Assembly: GCF_001194135.2 (NCBI RefSeq)
Contig: NC_068983.1
Coordinates: 89,430,709-89,483,088 of the forward strand
DNA: 52,380 nucleotides
Source of the DNA: Octopus bimaculoides
Lineage: Eukaryota
Direction of reading: 5' to 3'
The first letter of the stretch is position 1. Each line of letters begins with the position of its first letter. Below are positions 1-11,236 of the stretch, one piece after another. A program made the translations under genes and the position numbers. The notes beneath the pieces were generated by a model. That model was not told the origin of the DNA, did no database searches, and worked only from the letters and a program-made list of their open reading frames with translations.

Positions 1-170
1 CCCACTACACTCTCTGAGTGGTTGGCGTTAGGAAGGGCATCCAGCTGTAGAAACTCTGCCAAATTAGATTAGAGCCTGGTGTTGCCATCCAGTTTCACCA
101 GTCCTCAGTCAAATCGTCCAACCCATGCTAGCATAGAAAGCGGACATTAAACGATGATGATGATGATGAT
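1..170 (+). mobile_element. 3' end of RTE-clade LINE with (GAT)n tail
   Basis: Near-identical to the 3' UTR of the RTE element at 43988-44150 (minus) and to 52155-52340 (minus); ends ...cggacattaaacgatgatgatgat. Confidence 0.85.
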
Positions 171-178
171 GTATACAT

Positions 179-210
<32 letters not shown>

Positions 211-211
<1 letters not shown>

Positions 212-285
212 GTTTTAGGGAAAAGAACCAAGGTTCATGAACTCATCGGTGAAAATCCACTGTCACATATAGTTTCCCTAAAACT
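211..285. repeat. Short segment bounded by a 13-bp perfect inverted repeat inside (TA)n
   Basis: agttttagggaaa (211-223) and tttccctaaaact (273-285), flanked by TA runs. Confidence 0.75.
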
Positions 286-400
286 ATATATTTATATATA
301 TTTTATACTGTGAAACTTAATTTAATTTTAATTTTTAATAAATTGATTTTAACTGAGTTTCTACCTGTAATTTTGGATTTTATCCCTAATATTATTATTA

Positions 401-541
401 TATATATATATAATTGCCAACCAAGTGTGGCATCCCATACAGGACTGCTACAGATGTTTATAGCCCCAGGAAGACATCTCTTCCAGCTGTGTGTCCAATT
501 AGTATTTGTGAGGGGAGGTCATCACTCCCATCTCTAGCCTT
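401..541 (+). repeat. Direct repeat A, copy 1 (copy 2 at ~2690-2837)
   Basis: Both copies share aatt(g/a)ccaaccaagt...tttatagccccaggaagacatctcttccagctg...gggaggtcatcactcccatctctagcctt. Confidence 0.85.
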
Positions 542-739
542 TTCTTTACTTACTTGCTTCACAAAATAAGAGCAGTTTTCAAATCCTCACTGAAATAAGT
601 TTAGAAGTAGAAATGTATGTGCGCATGTGTGTATGTGCCTTTAACTACTATTGATCAAGCCACGGTCAAGCTCAGTTATTCATTGAAAGAACTCAAGTTC
701 TGGGTGGTTACCGATCCTCAGTGAGTGTTAATCACTTGC

Positions 740-2566
740 TTGTTTCTTTATTACAAGCACAAGGCCTAAACACAGAGGGGACATACACAGACATGCGGGA
801 ACAAAAAACACATGAAAGAATGAATAGAAAATGAATTAAATTACAATGAATATGTGACTGTTGTCTCAGTCCCGCTCCGAGATGAAACCGTGATTTCTTT
901 TTTTACAATTAAACATTCTTTGTTTGGATTGTTCTTTTTCTTTTTCCTTTAAACTTTTTAACAGTCTATTTTCTTCTTTTTTTTCTATGAAACACAAATT
1001 TTACTCACTTGCTTTTTAATGTTTATAAAGGGTTTCGAATCTTCTAATTCCACGACCAGTGGGAGCTCATCAAACTCGACTTCAACCCCCAGCGGGTCTA
1101 TATAACTTCCAAACATCTCTCGCAATTTCTCAAATCTCTCTCTATCTATGACTATTCCTTTAGAGTTTTCCAGGCATTTTCCTGGCAGCAGCTTTACTCT
1201 TATTACCGATTTATATTTTACAATCTTTTTCTCTATTTCTGTACTTTTGGTATACATAGCCAAATGCCACTTATATCTCTTCCTTTTCACTTCTGCTTGC
1301 TTTGGCTCCCGTCCTGATCTGTCTGGGCGTGCAGAAACATCATAACCAATATTATAAACGTTTCCTCTTTCTACCTGTTGTAATGTTGTTTTTTTCTGTG
1401 TGCCTTCTTTCACTACTACTTCTGTTGGTGCTTCACACTTATTTCTCTTTTCTTCCATCACAATCTCTTTTAGCCTTTTTTGACTGTCTGGGGGAGAGCT
1501 CACCCATTCCTTTCTCTTCCTCCTGTTTACTTCTGTGAAGGATTCCTCCACTCTATCTGTCTCTGTTATTGGTACTACCTCTTCAGTATTGTTTACTTCA
1601 CTTTTCTCCTCTTCGTTTTCCTTCTCGGGACATCTTGCTTTCATGTGCACTTTTTTGCCACATAGGAAGCATGTTGGTGGTCTTCCTTCTACTGTTATTT
1701 GAACTCTGGTGTCTTCCAGGAGTATCATTTCCTCCATTATACTATGCAAGTCTTCCAAAGATAACTGCATGGTCTTTTCGAGGCCATAGCCCCAACAATT
1801 GACCTTCTGGGTCCACATTATCTTGAGGATTTTCACCCTCTCTTTCATATCATGTGTTATGGCTACCACCAGCCATTCTTCCTCAATTTTGGGAGGCCCT
1901 CTCCCAACTCTCACTCTGGCAATACGTTTGCCATAGTACGTCAGAAGTAGTATCCATTTCGTTGTCCGTAACGGGTCTGTGGAGTGGTTTATGGCATCTT
2001 CTTCATTGCTAGACCATACTTCCACTGAGCCATACTTTCTTCCACATGTATAGAATGTGGTCAATTTTAAAACTTTTTGAGACACTCCTCTATTTCTTTT
2101 GTTGGGGCAAACTCTATCTTGCTCATGGACATAGATAGCATTCTGTATACTACCATCCTCTTTGCTATGCTCTTCCTCAGTTATTCTGGAGGTGTCAGCT
2201 TTAGACTGGCTCCCACTATTTTTACCATTTTGCTTTCTTCTTTCCACTTTCTTGTGTCAGTTTCTATTTCCTGTACTTCCAGGGTGTTGGCATTTATTCC
2301 TTGGGTCATTGCTGCTGTGTAACTTTGTCTATTCTCCATCTCTCTTCCTTTCTCCACTTCTCCCATAGACCTGGAATATACAGATGCCAATAAAACAGTA
2401 ACTGAAATTCAACAATTTAAACAATCCAACGAAACTTGGTTCACCCGTGCGGGGGAGACCTACAACAAACATACAATATCAGTGTGTAACAATTCAAACT
2501 CACGTCGAAGAAATCACTACCAACACCCATGAGTGACAATCACTAGCTAGTGATGAAAACTCATTC
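740..2566 (-). mobile_element. ORF1-only (half-L1-like) L1/Tx1-type non-LTR element, apparently full length
   Basis: Flanked by direct repeat cacttgc (733-739, 2567-2573). Ends ...gtaataaagaaacaa on minus. Contains one gag-like ORF1 and no ORF2 sequence. Confidence 0.7.
985..2339 (-). pseudogene. LINE ORF1p (gag-like, CCHC zinc knuckle), with one stop and one frameshift
   Basis: VQITVEGRPPTCFLCGKKVHMKARC is a CX2CX4HX4C knuckle. The likely true N-terminus MENRQSYTAAM (in ORF 2181-2390) hits a stop at 2181-2183, continues LRKSIAKRMVVYRML..., then shifts near 2075 into the 420-aa frame. Confidence 0.75.
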
Positions 2567-2607
2567 CACTTGCAAAATACTATATGCTTTTTCCAGCGAC
2601 AAACTGT

Positions 2608-2913
2608 CGCTGATCTCAAAAAAGGAGAAATAAGTTATATTAAATCTCTGAGCAAGATATAAACAGTAGCAATATGGAATCGTAACATACAATTACCAAC
2701 CAAGTATGGCTTCCTATACAGGACTGTTACTGACGTTTATAGCCCCAGGAAGACATCTCTTCCAGCTGGCTAATGACACACCTTCTATGTTTGATTAGTA
2801 TTTGTAAGGGGAGGTCATCACTCCCATCTCTAGCCTTACATAATACACACGCTGATCTCAGAAAAGGAGAAATAACCTATATTAAATCTCTATTTACATC
2901 TCGCTCAGAGATT
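2608..2913 (+). repeat. B-x-A-B partial tandem repeat with a short terminal inversion
   Basis: B (gctgatctca.aaaaggagaaataa..tatattaaatctct) at ~2608-2649 and ~2849-2891; A at ~2690-2837. gctcagagatt (~2903-2913) is the reverse complement of aatctctgagc at the end of B1. Confidence 0.7.
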
Positions 2914-4329
2914 CCCAGGGGAATTGCAGCTGCTTTTAGGACAGAGAAAAGGGAAGCAACAGAACACTCCTGAAACTGTATGTATGTATCTATGAGTGTA
3001 TGTGTTTGTGAAAGTATAAATGTTTATACAGATAAAAAGATTGATAGTAAAATTATTGTCTCTAGGCCAAATTCTTTCTTTCAATGCATAGCTGAGCTTC
3101 ACCTTGGCTTGATCAATAGCATTTTGTATTATTGCATCATCTTTGGGAGTAAAATTTGGCCAGTATAGTTTACATAGTTGTTGAAGTATAGAATTGCATT
3201 TCCACTTGACTCCTAACCCTTTGGTTGTTTTCCTTTCTCTTCTCAACCATTTTTCATCTTTTGTTTGAAATAGAAATGACAGGTACTATTTTCAAGAAAT
3301 TTTTCCTCAAATTTGACTTGATTGTAATTGAGGTGGCTAACAAAATATCTGGATAATTTCTGGCAAAGATGCTATTGTGAAGAAGCTATAAAGAATATTT
3401 TATGTTGAGTTTTTAGGTTTAGTATGAGTTTCATTAATTTCATATTATGTGCTATTTTTCTATAATCGTCTTTCATTTGACCAAGATATTTTAAATTTTG
3501 TTGCATTTCTGATGTCTAAGGATGTTTGTTTATGTGTATGATTCTTTTTCAAATTTAATTCTTGAGAAATGGAAGAGCATATTTAGCTTGTCTTATCTTA
3601 CCCATATTGCCCTGCCTAAATTTGTCTTTTATATGTTGAAAGAGAACTGTGATAATTTTCTAAAAGCGTTCTGAATATATTATAGGTTTTACTGCATTTA
3701 GAGGAGATCTTTGCTGTGCTGCTATAGTTTTGGCAATGTAGGAACATTTGTAAAAAAATAGATATACTTCAAAATCAAAAATACAGTAAATATTACTCAT
3801 TGTGCCCCACCTTCCCCTACTGGATACTGGAGAAACAGACTTTCAGAAATAGCTATTTGAATTTCCTGTTTTTGTCTCTACCTCCCCACTCTCTCTCTCA
3901 CACACACACACACACATCATGCCTTTGGAACAGCAAGAACAAAAAAAAGAAGGATTTTTTTTTTTTCGTCATTTTATCTTATTCTGCATTCTGAAACATT
4001 TGTAACTCACATTAAAAGTTTAAAAACTCTTACTCCTCCCTTCCCTCCTCCATTGTACTTTTCACAATGAAGGAAAAGTCAAACACCATAAGTGGTTGTG
4101 TGGAAAACGAAATTTGAATTTTGAGAAATGTATCTATAAAGCGACATTTTCACTCATTTATTTAAACTTTCTCTGCTAACTCATCAAATTCAATTACATG
4201 AAATATACAGAGCTTGAGATTTAACTTTTGTTATTTTCTGAGATTTTAATTCTTGTGTATAATGGGCCCACTGAACCTGAAGTGCCCCAGGCCCCACCCT
4301 GGTTTAAATCCAGTCTTGGGCTGGGTATT

Positions 4330-4625
4330 CTATCAGTGACAACAATGAGTGTTCCAGTTGATTTGATCAATAGAACAACAGCCTGCAAGTTAAATTGATG
4401 TGCATGTAGCTGAGCACTCCACTAACACATGCAACTTTCACATAGTTCTCAAGGAGATTCAACATGACATATCAAATATAACAAGGCTGGCTCATTGAAC
4501 TACAGATACAACTCATTTTTGCCATCTGAATGGACTGAACAACATGAAATAAAGCATCTTGCTCAAGGTCACAACACACCACTGGGAATTGAACTCATGA
4601 TCTTACGATTGTGAGCCAAATACCC
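4330..4625 (-). mobile_element. SINE family C (tRNA-like head)
   Basis: Reverse complement of the element at 10325-10630 (…gagtggagtgctcagctacatgcacatcaatttaac…). Confidence 0.7.
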
Positions 4626-5621
4626 TAACAACTAAGCCACACACACATATATACATTCACGTACACATACTAGTACATCTAGAGGAAACATGGAATTCAT
4701 TGAGTAGCGAAATAGACACTAACGTGTGTGTGACATGCTGGTAGTTATAGATTGGTATAGCCTGGGGCATATGGTGTTGGTTGTAATTGTTGTTGTTTAG
4801 CTCCAGGCTGGCCTTTATCATGCAGGTTTATGATCAAAGATGTTCCAGTTATGACCTCTTTCTTCAAATATAGTATAAGTAGGGTTGCATAATCCAATGT
4901 ATCCTTGTTAGGCAGAATAATGGGATTTAAAGGAAATTTAGTTGCTATTTCTAGCAGGTTGAATAACTATGTACAAGTTCCTTTGTTAACCCAGTTGCTA
5001 CAGACGATGCTGATATTGCTACTGTTGATGCAATTGCTGCAATTTTATTGACGTTCTTGATATTTTTGTATTACTGTTGCTATTGTTGATATTATGATGA
5101 TAATGTTTTGTTGTTTGTGTTGTTGAGTAGCCCCAAGTCAACTCAGATCAAGCAGTCTCATGTTATTGAAAGAGTCATTTAAACAATGAGGCATGACTTG
5201 CAGATCCATGTCCTCAAGTTTGCCATGTCTTCATCTAGATGAGGGCTATACTGCATATTTCAATATGCAGTATAGTCCTCATCTATATGGAGGGCAGTCT
5301 GACAATCTGGACGTTTTGCACTCACTCCACTGTCCAGTCTAGTTCTGTGTGTCCATAGATTTTGTCAGTGAATACAGCAAGTAGGCAAGGTGTACTCAAT
5401 TAGACTGTAATAGTTGCTGTTCCTCTGCATTTCTTGTTGGGGGTATGCAACCAAAGCTCAATGTTTGTGTTTTGTGAAACTATTGATATTGCAACTATTT
5501 CTCTATGCTTGTGTTCCTTGTTTTTGTTCATGTTGAGTGGGAGAAATAGGTTTAGTCATGCTCTGAGTTATTGTATGTGTGTTTGGCAGTGTTACCAACT
5601 TAAAATCACAATTTTATGCTA

Positions 5622-6006
5622 GGCGCAGGAGTGGCTATGTGGTAAGTAGCTTGCTTACCAACCACATGGTTCCGGGTTCAGTCCCACTGTGTGGCACCTT
5701 GAGCAAATGTCTTCTACTATAGCCTCAGGCTGACCAAAGCCTTGTGAGTGGATTTGATAGACGGAAACTGAAAGAAGCCTGTCGTATATATGTATATATA
5801 TATGTGTGTCTGTGTTTGTTCCCCCAACATCGCTTGATAACCGATGCTGGTGTGTTTATGTCCCCGTAACTTAGCGGTTCGGCAAAAGAGACCGATAGAA
5901 TAACTACTAGACTTACAAAGAATAAGTCCTGGGGTTGATTTGCTCGACTAAACGCAGTGCTCCAGCATGGCTGCAGTCAAATGACTGAAACAAGTAAAAG
6001 AGTAAA
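5622..6006 (+). mobile_element. SINE family A (tRNA-derived head), nested in the hAT left end
   Basis: A-box-like tggctatgtggt and B-box-like ggttcagtccc; high identity to 9487-9868 and 26830-27233. Confidence 0.9.
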
Positions 6007-6126
6007 TTTCAGTAGAAAAAATACCAAAAAAAAATGCTAAAAAATGCTAAATAAGGAAAAAAAAAATGCTTAAGACTAATATCAAAAAGCTTAATTTTTA
6101 TTTACATTTTTATTTACTTTCCTTAA

Positions 6127-8072
6127 TTATATTCTGCATTGAGAAATAATTTCTTGAATTTCACTGATTTGATCACTTTCAGCTGCAGTGCCTAGGTCTT
6201 GACTTATACATCCCTTATTAATTATGTGTTTTAGAATATCGAAATTTTTGCAACATCTGCCATATCTTTGCAGGCCATATTTTATAGACATTATTGATCT
6301 AAGCATAGGAAGATGCATTTTGTTTTTCAATTTTGATTTGATTACACCCATTCTACTGAACAACCGTTCAACTTCTGCATTTGAGTTTGGCAATGTCAGT
6401 AGATTAATGGCAAAATTTGCAACATCTCTAAAAAGGATTTCCTCCAGTAGCATCTTTATATTCCCAGACTTCCCACCAGAATGCTTCAGTATTGGACATA
6501 TTTGTCCATTTAACTAAACGAATGCTAGTAAACTGAACTTCAATTGAAGCAATTTTTTCTTCATTCAAATGCATTGCTTCTAAGACAGGTAAAATTGGCT
6601 CTTTGAAATGCTGCAAAATATTAATATATTAATATATCAGTATATTAATATTTTCTGGCAAGCGGTGCCTGAGCTCTTTATAAAGGCAGAGTAAAAATTG
6701 TTGTGCTCTTTTGCAAATATTATTTTCTTCAGTGGCTGTTATAGTCTTCTTGATAATCATTTCTGCTACCTTTCTCTACCTGTAGCCTAAATTTGGTTTA
6801 GGATCCAGAAAATTTTCAATAGAAGCATCCGGATCAAGAGGATCAATTCTACATGTTGGCAACACTATCATATTAGCAACAGATTTGATCAAATTTGAAA
6901 GATTTTCAAGTAATTTTGTTTTGTTGACAGTGTTTGATTCAAACAGTTTATTCACTTCCTGAACATGTTTTGAAATTAGATGCAAAAATAAGAAGTAAAG
7001 TTCATTCCTTGAATTACAAAACATTTCATGTAATGCTTGTGCTGTAAAGCATTTTTCTTTTGTAGTTGTAGTTTGGAAGTGAGTTTGCAATTCAAACCAT
7101 TGGCTTAAAATTCTATTTACAGCTGGTTCTATTAACAGCCCCCTAGTTGTACAAGAATTCACAATCTTCAAAGGCTCTTTATCATTGATAGTAAGGTAAA
7201 GTTATTTGTAGGCACTAGTCTTGTTGAAGAATGAGAGAACTATTTATAGGTTTTGGATACTAAAATATCTAAATTTATGGGCAGGCATTCAGTAAAAGTG
7301 TGCCAACTGTAAAGAATGACATACACATCTAAATAGAAGTAATGATGGAACTTCTTTTAATTTCTGGAAAACATCATTGTTGACTCCTATCATTACTCTA
7401 GCATTGTCGGTTCCTATAGCCAGTAAACTTTTTATATTTCTTTTTCACTAATTTAATTTTTAAGGCATCTACAATGCCATCTACATCACATACATGTTTC
7501 TGAAGATATCATACTGAGATATGTATGTACCACTTTTTTGTGAGTGTCACTGTAATATATGATAACAATTCCTAACAACTTGTTTATTGATATATCATTG
7601 GATTCATCTATTAACAGGCTAAATTTTCTATCTCCTATATCAGAAATCAAATCTCCATCAAAATATGGAGCTAGAACATTTCTCACAATATTTGCACATT
7701 TTGTATGATGCAACTTCACTTTGGACATAATATCACTATCAGACATATAATTCTTGCATTACTCTATTAAGTGATCACAGCTATTAAATGATGAGTAGCA
7801 ACAAATAAACATTGCATAGACATTTTATCATTTTTGGTTTTAATAAAATTGGTAAGAGGAATCATTTGCTGTGGTGTTGATACTTTATGTTTCTTTGTTT
7901 TACAGTGGCTTACTAAAAGAGAATATTTTGCCAACATATTACATTTACAATATCTGCAATGTGCTTTAGATTGGTCACTAGGTACTTCACACAACCACCT
8001 AGTAAACATTGGCGTCTTAAGCCATTCCTTTCGGAATTTTTGCTGGTACAACTTTGTCTTTTCTTTGCTCAT
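6127..8072 (-). pseudogene. hAT transposase, frameshifted (BED-type Zn finger, DDE core, C-terminal dimerisation domain)
   Basis: Fragments in the expected order: WLCEVPSDQSKAHCRYCKC...HCKTKKH; FSLLIDESNDIS; TRGLLIEPAVNRILSQW; LLTLPNSNAEVERLFSRMGVIKSKLKNKM. Confidence 0.9.
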
Positions 8073-9486
8073 TATAATATAGTGGGAAGCAAGAAAATAA
8101 ATTGAATGATTAATAAAAATATAAAATTGAAAACACAACTTATCAGTTTGCTGCTAACAATTCTTTCATTTGCCGTTAACAATTCTTATGTTTGCTGCTT
8201 ACAAATTCTTGAGGTGAAGAATACTGATTCAGGATGCAGGGTGGCCAACTTATTAATGGAAAAGTAAATTCTGCAGAAATCCTAAAACTGTGTTCTGATA
8301 TAAACCTGGGAAATCATATTTCACTTCAAATCTTACAATATCTATAGGTAAAACTACAAATATAACTACAATACTTGAAAAAGAAATTAGTAGAAATATA
8401 AAGGGGGAAACCCTGCCACCCCTGTACTTCTACACAAGACATATAATCCAAAACAAGCATGAAAAAAACACAGGCCTATTTTAAAACAGTCAAACTGAAA
8501 GTAAATAAATCAACCTATCATGATAAAAAACTCATCACTACAGGATAAAGCATTGTGAGGACGAATTTCCATGCTTTCATTCTGTAGCGAACTCTAGTGA
8601 ACTCCCTCTCTCTATTATATAAGTACATACGAACATAGCAGATAACAGCTAACCTTTGGGTACTGTTTTGGACCCTGTTGTTAATGCTAAATAAAATTTT
8701 AAACCTGCTATTTTCCTTGTTAAATGCTTGATTCAAAAATTTTCTACCAAATGCTGAAAAAAATGCTAGATCTAGCATAAAATATACTAAATTGGCAACC
8801 CTAGGTGTTTGGCTAGTTGGAGGTGGTATTATTTCGCAGTGACATGGACAGTAGCAACAAGCATTACCCTTTGCATGTCTAGGCTTTCAGTATTTTTTTA
8901 TTTCATTACAAAGGTGGTTTGTGGGTTGTGTACTTGTTTGGCTTGTTATTTTCTTAGTTGATGTGCATGTGTGATGAGTTGGTGGAAGTAATTGCCATGA
9001 GGTTGAGGCAGCTGGATGTATAGAGTAGGTCATGTTTCAGGTAGAGTTGTTCTCATGTTGGTGTGCGTTAGTCTAGATTGTTTGGGATGTAAAAGGAGCA
9101 ATAGCTGAGTTTTGGCAATGTTATATAATTGAAGTTAGCTTGAAAGGTAATCAGAGATTTGTAAGGATTAGAATTTTAGTGAGTTGAATAGTAATGTGTA
9201 GGAAGAATGTGTAGGAAGAATGTGTGCGTATGTGTGTGGCAAGACTGTTTTTACTTTTGGAGATTAGATTATCATGTTACTATTCACTTATGTTTGCAAG
9301 AAGGGACCGCATGATTAGCATGTGGTGTCTAGCTTCTATTGCATTTAGGTGATACCTATATATTGAAGGTTAACATGAATAAAATGGTGGTATCATCTTC
9401 AAATGAGTTTGTATAATTAGAAATAACAACGAGGAAGTCACTAACTTACAGAGTTTTGAATATCATAAACATAAATTCGATAAATA

Positions 9487-9868
9487 GGCACAGGAGTGGC
9501 TGTGTGGTAAGTAGCTTGCTTACTAACCACATGGTTCCGGGTTCAGTCCCACTGCGTGGCACCTTGGGCAAGTGTCTTCTACTATAGCCCTGGGCTGACC
9601 AAAGCCTTGTGAGTGAATTTGGTAGACGGAAACTGAAAGAAGCCCGTCGTATATATGTATATATATGTGTGTGTTTGTCCCCCCAACATCGCTTGACAAC
9701 CGATGCTAGTGTGTTTACGTCCCCGTAACTTAGCGGTTTGGCAAAATAGACTGATAGAATAAGTACTAGGCTTACAAAGAATAAGTCCTGGGGCCGATTT
9801 GCTCGACTAAACGCAGTGCCCCAGCATGGCCACAGTCAAATGGCTGAAACAAGTAAGAGTAAAGAGAG
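9487..9868 (+). mobile_element. SINE family A, full length
   Basis: Colinear with 5622-6006: ggcacaggagtggctgtgtggtaag...ctgaaacaagtaagag. Confidence 0.9.
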
Positions 9869-10324
9869 AATATACTCAGGTACACCATAATTGATAGCAT
9901 TAAGTTAAAGAGAAATCTACAAATGCACACTAGTGAAGTGGTTTCACATAAGCTTCTAATCCTCAGTGTGAGACAGATTAAGGCTAATAGCTGAGCAAGT
10001 TTTCTAAGAGTTTTTCATGCCTTACATGGTCCATACCCACATGGTCCAAAGTTTCACTGATACCAAGTACGACAACATTATTTTCAGTGATTGTTGAATT
10101 CAAAGACCATTGCTGTGTTGACAGGGTGAAGCTAATTTCTGACACATCTAGTTTTATGGAAACTAAGAAAGAAAAGAAACTCATGATATAAAAGATGCAA
10201 CAGTTTTCTTCTCTTTGACATACTGGAAGTAGAGGTGGTAAAATGGTAGTTGGCACAGTCAGGGAAGTCGCATCCTTTTGAGAAAAGCCTACACTATTGT
10301 ATATTTCCATAGGCTGAAATAGTG

Positions 10325-10630
10325 ACGGTGCATGGCTTAGTGGTTATGATATTTAGCTCATGACAGTAATATCATAAGTTTGATTCCCAGTGGTATGTTG
10401 TGGTCTTGAACAAGATACTTTATTTCATGTTACTCCAGTCTACTTAGCTGACAAAAATGAGTTGTACTTGTAATTCAAAAGAGCCAGCCTTGTCACATTT
10501 GATGTGTCAAGCTGAATCTCCCTGAGAACTACATTAAGGGTACACATGTCTGTGGAGTGCTCAGCCACTTGCACATTAATTTCATGAGCAGACTGTTCTG
10601 TTGATCAAATCAACTGGAACACTTGTTGTC
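10325..10630 (+). mobile_element. SINE family C
   Basis: tRNA-like head, then ctccagtctacttagctg core. An internal 90 bp recurs at 11858-11950 and the element is inverted at 4330-4625. Confidence 0.7.
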
Positions 10631-11104
10631 AATAATTACAAGCCAGGCCAGACTGAAATAAATTTCAATAAAGAAAGCAACATTGAAAGGTTTCACGAGA
10701 AGCGGAATTTGCATGAGAAAACAATGCTTAAGAATAATGAAAAGAACACTGGTAAGGTTGATCACCTTGTTTGGTTGGAGTGACTATTAAAGTTGTCACA
10801 CTTGGCAACTGTTTACATGTGGTTGTAAGACAGACGGGACCAATGAGGGGAGAGCAGTGCAGAATTGGAAACAAATTGTGTAGCAGATGTGATGGCTTTA
10901 TCATCAGGAGTATTCTTACAGAACCATCTTGGTTGAGGAATTGCAAGTAAAGAACAAATAAGTAGTTGAGATGTTTTAAATTCAGAGCAACTATTAGTGG
11001 TCAAAAGCTAATAGTGGAGAGTAGATGAATGATGAAAGAATCCTTTACTAGGGAAACTATAAATCTTGGTTGTAAAGTCTAGGAGTGAAAAGTGATAGGA
11101 ATGT

Positions 11105-11236
11105 GGATTTTACTAGCATTAGGAAGGGCATCCAGCCATAGAAACCATGCTAAATCAGGCTGGAGTTTGGTGCAGCCCCTCAGCTTACCAGCTCTGGTCA
11201 AACCATCCAACCTATGCCAGCATGGACAACAGACAA
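11105..11236 (+). mobile_element. Diverged RTE 3' end fragment
   Basis: taggaagggcatccagccatagaaacc...aaaccatccaacctatgccagcatgga matches 1-150. Confidence 0.7.

Larger units (their letters stand above)
5587..8803 (-). mobile_element. hAT-superfamily DNA transposon with both ends
   Basis: Left end CAGTGTTACCAA; right end TTGGCAACCCTA (reverse complement TAGGGTTGCCAA). Shared subterminal ttttatgctag. Flanking duplication gtgtttgg (5579-5586 / 8805-8812). Internal transposase remnants. Confidence 0.85.

Noticed and set aside
235-255. Hammerhead-like CCGATGA on minus
   Set aside because: The core is non-canonical and no GAAA or stem III follows.
2075-2247. N-terminal ~55 aa of the listed 420-aa ORF
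   Set aside because: Probably out of frame. The plausible ORF1 start (MENRQSYTAAM) is in another frame and joins by a frameshift near 2075, so this is not an intact gene.
401-2891. DIRS/Ngaro retrotransposon call for the whole block
   Set aside because: No RT, RNase H or tyrosine recombinase is present. The ORF is antisense to the repeat layout and has its own TSD and tail.
5622-5700. tRNA-like sequences at SINE heads
   Set aside because: They have A/B boxes but no full cloverleaf and continue into SINE bodies; not tRNA genes.
8237-8424. Possible nested MITE (cagggtggcca ... ctgccacccctg)
   Set aside because: The TIR match is short and imperfect, and no TSD was found.
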